A stretch of DNA of 64,000 nucleotides from Takakia lepidozioides. Lineage: Eukaryota > Plantae > Bryophyta. Location: contig CM060731.1 of NCBI GenBank assembly GCA_030704615.1, positions 78,988,001 through 79,052,000 of the forward strand. The letters are read 5' to 3'. The position numbers and the translations under genes are program-made. The notes beneath the pieces are model-generated. The model had not been told where the DNA came from. It saw nothing but the letters and a program-made list of their open reading frames with translations, and did not search any database. Shown here piece by piece: positions 49,112-59,200 of this stretch (the stretch's first letter is position 1; the number at the start of each line of letters is the position of its first letter).

Positions 49112-49755
49112 GTGTAGGGGCGTTGAATGAAGCACGCACCCTGTCACACACCATGCACCTAGCCACGAACTGTTGCACCTCTTTATGCATACCACGCCAC
49201 CAATACTGCCCCTGCAGTAAATTGTGAGTGCGTCGCACTCCAAAATGCCCCAACTCCTCATGGGCATGCCGCACTAACCGTGCACGCTGTGTGGGGTGAG
49301 GCACAATCCTCACTCGACCATCCTCCCACACTCGAAGTAGGTGTATCCCCTCCCACTTGAACCTCTTGGCTCGTTGTAGGATCCGATCCCTCTCCCTGGC
49401 AGTCACAATGGCTGCCGTGTCTCCCGTGCGGAGGTAGTCCAACACAGCCGAATCCTCATGTATATCTCTGGCACCACCTAGCTCATCACTAGCCTTAGGG
49501 TCCTCAGACACTCCGTCTACAGTCATCCCTGTTGTAGGTCCAATCTGACCTCCCAATGCCAAGATAAACAAAAATGCAGATGCGTGCCATCCCGGCACCA
49601 TCTCCTCGTCCGTCTCACCATGCCACCGAGCTCCAGTGTCATCCTGCTGGCTCATGCATGGATTGCGACTCAATCCATCCGCATCCCGATTGACCAAACC
49701 CGGTCGATGCACAACCTGAAAGTCATACTCCTGGAGTATAAGTGCCCACCGTGCA
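49112..49755 (-). pseudogene. Inverted Gypsy pol segment: RNase H C-terminus and integrase HHCC zinc-binding domain
   Basis: ARWALILQEYDFQVVHRPGLVNRDADGLSR; HEELGHFG...CMVC...FNAP. Confidence 0.92.
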
Positions 49756-49905
49756 GGGGGGTGCTATTCTGTGAGCCTGGAGGCGTGAGCCTGTGAGCCC
49801 AGGAAACCGTGAGCCCAGCACAGGCTCACGCCACGTCAGCATACATACACGGCCTATTTCCGCGGGTGTCACCTATTTCCGCGGGTTGATCAGCCATTTC
49901 TCGGG
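49756..49905. mobile_element. Probable terminus of the DNA transposon carrying the amino-MTase gene
   Basis: Abrupt switch from Gypsy pol to GGGGGGTGCTATTC, then clustered gtgagcc/ggctcac and cctatttccgcggg subterminal repeats. The partner end was not found. Confidence 0.5.
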
Positions 49906-50460
49906 AATGCAGAGTGGATATGTTACATCCATTGTATCCATTGCATCCATGCAGACGTTATCAACATACCAAGCCCTCACAAGTTTATGTGGGTACGTCG
50001 TGAGGAGGTGCACACTGACATGATCTAAAGCGGAACCCTGCGAAATCTTTTCTTACTCACCACCCTTGCGAACATGCCAGGTATGTGCGGGAGCATCATG
50101 GATGCTCATTAGATTTGAGAATGCCTCACAGCTCTTTGATGAGGTGGACTTCACCGTGATGGATTCACCAACCATTCTTCTAGCTGGAATGGTTTGGAGA
50201 CCAACGACCAAATGATGCGGGAATGCTGTACACGAACCAAAGTCGTTTGTTTGTTTTTGCAATGCACTGAAGTCTGTGAGGTCCACAGAACACTAAATAG
50301 ATTGAAGGAACAATCCGGGCAGTCCATGCAACCCCCATCTCCAACAATAGTTTGTTCCCATTAATGTGCATCCACGCACACATTGCAAACAGGACAACAA
50401 GGACACACAACCATCCCATTTCAAATTTGGCCCCGAATAAAACCAAAAGAAAACTTCATA

Positions 50461-51000
50461 TCAAGTGTCACAGTCATCAGAATCAGTCTTGACCTCCTGT
50501 GCTATGTCATCCACAAAGATTCTGGCCCCAGCACCACGTCTTCTACCACGGCCGGCAATGGGTGGACTCCGAGTGCCATGAACGGTCATGCTTGTTGCGA
50601 GTGCCTCCGCATAGACAGGTAGCACGCAAGACCGAGGAGGACTGGAAAGAAGTCCAAATAGGTGTGATAGCCGTGGAGGGCAAGTGGAAGCACGCAGACT
50701 CCTGCACATGTCGACAAAAACCCATTCAGAACACAATATGCAATACACAAGTCCAACGAAGAGGATGTCTGCCATGTGAACTTTGCCTCAAGAAGAGTGA
50801 TTCTCGATATTGAAACAACAATGCAAGCATCCACAGGTTGAACTTACTCACAGGCAAAGTCGGAGTCCAGCTCCTTGTCGGAAGTCTCCTCTGTATCAAT
50901 ATCAGCGGGACGGGGCTTTGGAAGAGAAGTGTGTCCACCCAAACCCATCAGGAGGTTCTTGTAAATCTCAGCATCCCCTTCAATCCCAAAGAGATGTCAC
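50461..51000 (-). pseudogene. Inverted 3' exons of the amino-MTase-like gene
   Basis: The minus strand from ~50999 reads (TGA, likely CGA)HLFGIEGDAEIY, the expected continuation after GTGASYHAC; donor gtaag at ~50847; probable last exon ends at 50461. Confidence 0.7.
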
Positions 51001-51478
51001 CAATCATGGGATTGGGCTACAGGTGGAGTCTTGACTTCGCAGGACCGTTGCCACTGACTATGCGCCACCACAGATATGTGTTGGTGATGGTGGAGCACTT
51101 CTCCAAGTGGATTGAGTTGGTTCCATTGCCTGACAAGGCTAGTGAGGGGGCTGCGTATGCATTCTTGGATCGTGTGCTTAGCCGATTTGGTGCTCCAGCT
51201 GAGGTACTCACGGACCAAGGGAGAGAGTTTTTGGGGGAGTTTTCAGGCTTTGTGTGATAAAGCCTTGATAGACCACCGCACCACTTCTCGGGATCATCCT
51301 GAGGCCGATGGCTTAGCAGAGAGAGTTGTTCAGACGGTGAAGAGGGGTTTGCGCAAGTATGGCTTGCAGAAGGGACACCTAGGAGATTGGGATCTTCAGG
51401 TTCCTTGGTTAGCCATGGGCTACAGGTTCAGCAAACAAGCATCACTTGCCTCCTTCTCACCATATTTCCTTCTCTTTG
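51001..51478 (+). pseudogene. Gypsy integrase catalytic core (DDE)
   Basis: GYRWSLDFAGPLP, VEHFSKW, VLTDQGREF, HPEADGLAERVVQTVK, FSPYFLLF; frameshift ~51235. Confidence 0.93.
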
Positions 51479-52312
51479 CAGAGATCTGGGAAGATGGCTT
51501 TGCATCCTACAATGCCTACGGAACCATTTCAGAAATGGGGACTAGACTTTGTTGGACCAATTAACCCACCAGCCCAGAATACACAGAACAAGTACATAAT
51601 TACAGCCACTGATTATACTACGAAGTGGGTGGAAGCTAAAGCTTTGAGGGACGACACAACCAAGTCCACAGCAAGGTTCCTGTATGAGAACATACTTACA
51701 CGATTTGGCTGTCCCTTGGAATTTATCAGTGATCAGGGAAGTCACTTCATTAATGAGACCATTGAATTATTGACTAAAGAGTTCATGATTGTGCATAGGA
51801 AGAATACAACATATTACCCACAGGGTAATGGACAGGCAGAGGCTACCAACAAAATACTATGTACTATCTTGGCTAAGATAGTCAATGCAAACAGAACGGA
51901 TTGGGATACAAAGTTGCTGACAGCTTTGTGGTCATACAGGACTTCCTATAAAGTCACCACTAAGTATACACCATTCCAATTAGTTTATGGTATGGAAGCT
52001 TTACTTCCAGTGGAATTCCTGTTACCTACCATGAGAACGGAATGGGGGAAGAGAATGGAATTGCAAGATTCCATTAAGGTCAGAAAACATGAATTATACC
52101 ATGTGGGAGAAAAGTACGTGCTGATGCAGCTGATAATATGACCAGAATACAGATGAAAAGGAAGGAACAGTTTGATGAAGGCAAGTTAAAGACTTTTAAG
52201 ACGAGAGATTTGGTTCTATGGCTGCAGAAGAAGGGAAAGATTAAAGCTTCTAAGCTTAAATCACCATGGAAAGGACCTTATGTCATACAAAAGATGTATG
52301 ATAATAACACCG
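51479..52312 (+). mobile_element. Integrase core fragment from a different Ty3/Gypsy lineage
   Basis: PFQKWGLDFVGPI, TDYTTKWVEAKAL, ISDQGSHF, YYPQGNGQAEATNK, TPFQLVYG, WKGPY; more AT-rich than its flanks. Confidence 0.9.
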
Positions 52313-52898
52313 CCATTTGCCTGCAGCCATTCGTAGGGACACTGCTCAAGTCCTTAACCTTGACGATCCGGACGTGTGGGTACGTGCATGTGATCAGCGT
52401 GCAGAGTTGTTCAAGAAAGTCATGCCCATGGCTTTTGAGAACCTTGCCATTGCACAGCACCGTGATACGCTGAGGTATGCCACTATACGTGGTGGAGGAT
52501 ATCGTCCTGGGGTTCGGAGGTTTAGCCCTAGTGACTATGTTTATTTGCAGCAGACTGCTCCTACGACTCTGGATGTTACTGCAGGGCGTGTTATTCTGAG
52601 GGTTCGAGAGGTGTTGCCCTCAGGGGTCCTGATCTTGGAGGGTCGGGATGGCATGACTTGGAAGGACCATGTGCGTAATTGTGCGCCATGTCACCTTCCC
52701 AATGTCGATGACAGAGTTGACCCAAACTTGGCAGTGGTACCTGCAGGTTTGAGGTGCATGCTCTGTGGGTCTGCCAAAGGGGCAGCCACCATGCTGGTGT
52801 GTGATCGATGCTCAAGGGGTTGGCATATGGGATGCTTGACACCACCTCTTGATAAGGTTCCTGACGGAGATTGGTTGTGTCCACACTGCTTGGGATAG
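52313..52898 (+). pseudogene. Integrase C-terminal region with PHD finger
   Basis: AFENLAIAQHRDTLRY...; C4HC3 finger CMLC..CDRC..HMGC..WLCPHC, then stop. Confidence 0.92.
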
Positions 52899-53156
52899 TG
52901 GCAGTGGACATGACTGGAGGCAGCTAACAAGACATGGGAGGCCAAGCTCATAGGAGTCAATACATGAGATCCCAAGCTCAAGTTCACAGGTTGCAAGACG
53001 GCGACTAACGATGGGGCAATTCTTGCACCCGGCCTCTTGATCTATCGAGTTTGAGTGTAGTAGGGATAGTGGTGGAGGACTTAGTGAGGCTATGGTCACT
53101 ATCACATCTTGTGGCTACCTGGACTTAGAGGGACCTAAGCACCAGCTAGGGGGGCG

Positions 53157-53322
53157 ATTGTGTGGACTAGTGACTGCCATAGTTGGCAACATAGTGGCAG
53201 CCTAGTGACTGACTAGTTGTAGCCTAGTGGTGGACTAGTGATATACTAGTGTGTGGTGTGCACATGTGTTGTGTGGTTTTGGACAGCGATGTAGTTGTGT
53301 AGCGATATGTATGCGCACGACA
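53157..53322 (+). repeat. Repeat B1 (166 bp), directly after the purine tract
   Basis: Near-identical to 53641-53818; ends CACGACA. Confidence 0.95.
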
Positions 53323-53324
53323 GC

Positions 53325-53641
53325 TGTCAAGTTATTTTACCACTAGTGTGAAACTAGCTAGGAAATAGCTAGCTTTTACATATTGACATTTGGGATTGGC
53401 CCAAGTGTCAATCCAGGGGTCAAGGCAGATTTAGGCCCTGGAGTGGTTATCTTCACGGCAAGCGCGGAAGGCTCATCTTTCTCGAGTTGAGCCTCACCGC
53501 GCCTAGCTATGGCGCCGTAGTGTGGATTCCCCATGGCGTGGGGTGCACTTGGCTTGACTTGTATTTGAGTGATGAGGTTATATATGCATGAGTTTATGCT
53601 TCAGATTTGTGAGCTCGTGCTTGTATTCTTCTTCTTTATCA
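53325..53641 (+). repeat. Repeat A2 (317 bp)
   Basis: Copy of A1 (32538-32222); starts TGTCAAG. Confidence 0.95.
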
Positions 53642-53818
53642 TTGTGTGGACTAGTGACTGCCATAGTGGGCAGCATAGTGGCAGCCTAGTGACTGACTAG
53701 TTGTAGCCTAGTGGTTGGACTAGTGGTGGACTAGTGGTATACTAGTATGTGGTGTGTACATGTGTTGTGTGGTTTTGGACAGCGATGTAGTTGTGTAGCG
53801 ATATGTATGCGCACGACA
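53641..53818 (+). repeat. Repeat B2 (178 bp), right terminus of the retroelement
   Basis: Copy of B1 with a ~12-bp internal duplication; followed by GAGT. Confidence 0.95.
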
Positions 53819-53822
53819 GAGT

Positions 53823-55771
53823 GTGCGCATGTGGAGAGACCAGAATCCTGCGTTCATTTTTTTCTATCAAGAGGAGAAATTAGAGCCAACATTCGAGCAT
53901 TTTGATGGAGATTTGACATTCACTATTGGCATACAGACTCCGTGGCAGAAACGACGAATGTTGGAACTATGACATGACCGTATCGTTGCATGTGATGCAA
54001 CCTTTGGGACAAATCATGACAAGGTACTATTTGAACGATTCCATGGACTTGTACGAGCATGATAGCATAGTACCATGCAACATTCACATAATATTTGGTG
54101 TGCTGACCCTTTCTGTATGTTTAGGGTTGTGTACGTTGCGGAAGACCGAGAGGCAGACCCATTGTGAACCGCTACAGACCTCATCACTCTTATGAAGTCT
54201 TCTCGTGCAGAACTGAGCGGAATTTGCATGCTCTGACCATCTTACATTGTGCATTCCAACAGTTCCCATTGTACACGTTGATGGTCTTCGACGAGTGGTT
54301 GAACGGTATACCAGTTGCCTATATCATATCCGCGAGGAATCGGACAAGAGACCTGGTTCCGTGGATGAGAGCCTTGCGCGATTCACTCCTCGTAGATTTG
54401 CCGAGCTGGCGACCCAATGCCTTCATTGTGGATGATGCCGAAGCAGAAATCAACGCTATTCGGTAAGTCTGTTGGTCCACAGCACCGGTCCATTGTCGAG
54501 GTCCATTGCAGCAGTCCATTGCTACAGTCCACTGGCAGACTCCTGTGGCGAAACCCGATGGCAGTTCGCTGGGCAAATCCACTGGTAGTCCGCTGTCAAG
54601 TCCGGTCATCAGTCCCTGGCAAGTCCGCTGGTAGTCCCCGGCAAGTCCGTTTGGCAGTCCGCTGCCAAGTCCACTCAGCAGTCCCTGGGATCGGCCGTCC
54701 GCTGCCAAGTCCGCTCGGCAGTCCCTGGCAAGTCCGCTCGGCAGTCCGCTGTGGCAGTCCGCTGATGCAGTCCGCTGCCCCAGTCCTAGCTAGGGGAAGT
54801 CCAATGGGGAGGTCTGCTGGGTAGTCCAATGGGGTTATTCCAGCACATCAACGTCATGGCATTGTACTGTCCACTGGGCGAGTCCAATGGCTCTGCCCGC
54901 TGATACAGATCGCTGTTACAATCTACTCCGGCAGGCCACCATTGCAGTCCGATCCCAAGACTCTAATGTGTACCATCTGTGTTGTGCATAATTGTTTTTG
55001 ATTCCTCTGCCTTTAGCATGTCCGCAAGGCATGGGTGAAGCAATCATGCAAAAAAACGAAGGATCCGGTGACCGCTGTAAACTTGTTGAAGGATATGGGA
55101 GACCTCATGTACTGTAGAGGGGGACCACGCAACGAGAAAAGAGCACTTCGGTGGGTTGCAAGGAGAATCCGTCGTATGAGGTCAAAATACCCGAAAGGAC
55201 ATGAATTTATTGACTATATCGAATAGTACTAGAAGCCCAAAATAGCAATGTGGTGTACAGCAGTCTGCCATGTCCCTCATGCGAGCCAAGACACAAACGC
55301 AAGCATTGAGGCATATCATGGAAATCTGAAGGCAAGACTTGCCATGGGGAAAGGCAAGATGAGTGGTCGTAGAGTGGACTGGCTTATATGGGAACTCACT
55401 GGCCGTGTGCTAACACACTACTGGTACGCAATCCATTTGAAGACCCACGGGTTCATAAGAAATGACAAACACGAAAGTACATATCCAGTTCTATACTTGC
55501 GGCACAAGACATTCCTGCTGTGAGTGTTACTCTTCCCTTGGGTCCTGGTGAACCAGCCTACGTTCTCAGCAGCAACCACCCCGGCACAACATACATTGTT
55601 TACAATCCTGATTGCGATTGGGGTTGTTGCACGTGCCCATGGGCAATGAAGGGAAACTTATGCAAGCATCAGGTCCGTGTCCTAAAGATGCTTCACCTTG
55701 ACCTGCATGATGGCCTCCTTGTGCGCGCTTGTGCACAGTCTCCCAACGGACTCCTCCAGTCTCCCAACTGA
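53823..55771 (+). pseudogene. MULE transposase, C-terminal part (DDE and SWIM)
   Basis: GIQTPWQ, CDATFGTN (D 53994), FPLYTLMVFD..GIPVAY, FIVDD (54431), CL*HVRKAW, DTNASIEAYH (E 55308), CTC..GNLCKH SWIM. Introns present; premature stops at 53970, ~55014 and 55224. Confidence 0.92.
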
Positions 55772-56229
55772 CTCCCACACAGTCTCCCAAGCATAGTCTC
55801 CCAACGGACTCACGCACAGTCTCCCAATAGAGTCACAGTCAACAGACTGCGAGCGCCAGTAAGCCAGTCTGCTGGTCAGTCTGCTGCCCACTCCAAAAGT
55901 CTGCTCACCACACTTCCACCTCATCCCTGCAACTTATGCCAATCCAGTGTCCCAGCGGACTCATGGACATGGTGCCTCCCAGACTAGGTACCAGACCCAG
56001 TAGTCCTAGCCTCGGCAACATACTGCTCGCACATTCAAGCTCAGCAGACTCGGGTGCACAGTGCATGGAAAAATTGACACCATTGTGTCCATTGAGTTTA
56101 GTGACAACATTACAAAACATGCCAACACCCACAGTACACAAAAAGTGCTCATTACCACTGGAATAGTAAGCGAAAAGACTCGCATTTTTTATTTCGGTAC
56201 ATAGACTTCATAGGACAAGTACATCATAC

Positions 56230-59200
56230 TCATGAGAGCAGTTTATCTACATTGTCCAACCCCCGCACGATATACTGGGCACACTGCATTCGCTGCCCAA
56301 GTGCAAACTTGAAAGTAAACCAGTCCTTCGTGAAAGGTGTTCCTGTCTCTGGCTTTGCAGTCTTGGAGACATTTGCTCTGACTTTTACCCACTCATAAAA
56401 CACTTGAATGAATGACATGACGTAAAAGTCACACTCCCAGCTGAATGGTTGCTGGGGCACATCAGGCGCGTGGAACTGAAATGCTTGGACAATCTCATAC
56501 CACTCTGGTGAGTCCATCGAGTACCCTAAGCACTGCGCATGAAACTTCCGAATCCACCCTAGAACAAAGGGACATTTATGCAAATCCCTGATAGAGTTCA
56601 GGTGAGTGTAACAGCCCTTGCGGAGGTCGATGATACAAACACTCCAGTGCCCCCTGCAATGGTATCAAACAACATGGCGTCATTGCACAATCATGATGGG
56701 CAGACTCAGCAGACTGACACTCAGCAGACCGACCACTCAGCAGACTCAGCACTCAGCAGACTCAATCTTCAAACCCAGTCCACTGCACAAATACAGAGGT
56801 CAACTTAATCGCTCAGAGTCAAGACGACACTGCGAAACCAGACTATGACTCAGGAGACAGTCTCAGCAGATTCAGAAGAGTTCTTACTCGTCCCCAATTG
56901 GCACCAAAATGAAATCGCACTCTTTCAAGTCCTTGCCCAGTTGTTCAGTGCTTAGGCAACCTTTCAAGACCTCCAAAAGGCTTTCATGTTGCCCCACCCC
57001 CAATGACTTCAACACCGTCCACGTCGACGTTGAAAGAACAGCAATAGTGTTGGTGAACGCAGCCTCAACCGACTTCTCATAGAATCGACACCACAGCTCC
57101 AGGAGTCTATCTGTGCACTCCGACTCAACCTTCTGGACCGCCTTTATGTCATCCAGCGACAGTCCGCATTCAAACCGTGGGTCCCCTTCAAAAAACATCA
57201 GCATGGAATTACCCGCCTTCACATGCACAGCATGTGCCTTGCCAAACCGAGCACCCATCCTGCACAGAGCAGACTATCCTTCGGGAAGCCTCATGTACTG
57301 AACAGAGTGACGTCAACATGGTATCAAACACTCTACAGGCTGAACAATTCATCAGACTGACCACAACAGAGCGCAAAGCACTTAACGACAAAGACAGACG
57401 AAGAGACTGAGCACAGTACTCACATGTGCTGCTCTAGAAAACGACCCACATCTTTGTCCATGTCCAAGGCTAGCTTGCGGTTCTTGTTCATAAAGACGCC
57501 AGACTTTTTCTTCGCCGGTCTCTTGGTACTCCGACCCTCGACAGTCCGCTTCTTGGTTTTGCCTCTCCCCTGGGAAGCAGGGACAGCTGTAGGCGGGCTG
57601 GATAGAGCAGACAAACGGAGCGCTGCCGCCCTACTTCGCAATAGAGGCTGGTCAGCAAGTTTGTTTACACTTGCTGGACCTGTCTTTGCAGCTTCGTGGG
57701 TTGCATGCGTAGAACTGACCCGCGCATCGGGGGGCGTGCTCATCCCCACACCTTTCTTGGTTGTCGATCCCATGTTTGCAGCATGGGCGGAAGATGTCAT
57801 GTCTTCAGAAGTAGACAGTCTGCCGATGGAGGGACGAACATCCTGTGAGGATACCGAGCAAAATGTCGAATTAGCCCAATTTCACAATGTGCTAAAACAT
57901 AAACAACAATGCTGTAAGAGGAAATGGCACAACCTGCCCAAGGGGTGAGGGAGCAGACTCCATGTAATCCAGCACTATACCAGACGGTGTCTACGCCGCA
58001 TGTGGTTCCTTGTGAGTGTGCCTGCCAGCATGTTCAGTCTGTTGCTCAATGTGGGCAGTCTGCTCGGCCGCCGGTTCTTCGTCAGTCCTTTCGTCTGTGA
58101 ACTGTGCAGTCTGTTGGCAACTCTGCGGTTCAGTCTCTTCCTCAATGTGGGCAATGTGCTCGGTGGCAGGTTGGTCGTCAGTCCTTCCCTCTGTGAAGTG
58201 TGCAGTGTGCTGGTCAGGCCGTGCACTCTGAACTGTGCAGTCATAGCTGAGCTGTGCAGTCTACCGCTCCGAGCCATCCTGGTCAGTCTTTCCATCTGTG
58301 ACATGTGCAGTCTGCTGGTTAGTCTGCGGTTCAGTCTGCTCATCAATGAAGACAGTATGCTGCCCCGCCATAGGTTGCTCGGCAGTCCTTCCATGTGTCC
58401 ACTGTTCAGTGTGTTGGTCAGTCTGATGGACAGCCGGCTGGGTGTTCGGATCTCCATGGACTTGGGAAACATCAAGAACATGTATGGAAGACCCACCGGC
58501 AATTGCTTCCTCAGACTCTTCTGTAAGATCTATGATACGGTTTTGCGTTCCCAGATTGAGTTCGGTCATCACGTAAGACTCATCTATGGCTTTCGCCACT
58601 GAGCGCACGAAAACGGGACTAACCTGGAAGGTCATAGAAGGCAGGCCACGGGGAGCTGGATAAGAATGCTTTACCGGTGACCTGATGACGTCGTCAGTGA
58701 ATGTGCCTGGGGGAAAAGTGGACTCGGTCAAAACACTCATACTGGCAGATCCAAAAACATGTTGTTGGGAACTCAGCAGAAATTCGTCCACAGGGGTCCC
58801 GGTGAGGCCAGTGCATCCGAGTCTATTGCACAATCCAGGGAACAGACTGGTTGTTAGTCTCCTAGATAGTCTGCTCGACCATCTGCTGAGTGAGTTCGCC
58901 AGTGTGATGCACAGTCTGCTGAGGGGCAATCTGCTGGCTGGATTCGTCGGTCTGCTACACGGTCTGCTGTACAGTTTGCTGAGGGGCAGTCCGGTGGCCA
59001 TGTTCACTGGTCTGCTGCACAGTCGGCTGAGGGGCAGTGTGTTGGCCGGTCTGTTCTCCGGTCTGCTGCAAAGTCTGCAAAGTTCACTGCTCGCTCAGTA
59101 CTGTTTGCACATACTGAGTATATGTGTGCGGGGCAGTCTGCTGGGAGTGATCCGGCCTATTACCCGGGACAGTCTGGTGCACAAGCTCGGTCTCCAGCAC

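Larger units (their letters stand above)
41715..53818 (+). mobile_element. Main body of a Ty3/Gypsy-like retroelement (gag-protease-DNMT-[RT missing]-RNase H end-integrase-PHD) with 3' repeats B1-A2-B2
   Basis: Domain order and motifs as in the sub-features; purine tract AGGGGGG 53148-53154; ends CACGACA at 53818, followed by TSD GAGT. Confidence 0.93.

Noticed and set aside
32222-53641. A1/A2 as terminal inverted repeats of a 21-kb DNA transposon or DIRS-type ITRs
   Set aside because: Their opposite orientation is explained by the 29.8-41.7 kb inversion; once restored they are direct repeats.
53157-53818. Small independent TRIM/LTR element with B as its LTRs
   Set aside because: No TSD around B1-B2; its interior is the element's own left-end repeat A; the GAGT TSD pairs B2 with A1.
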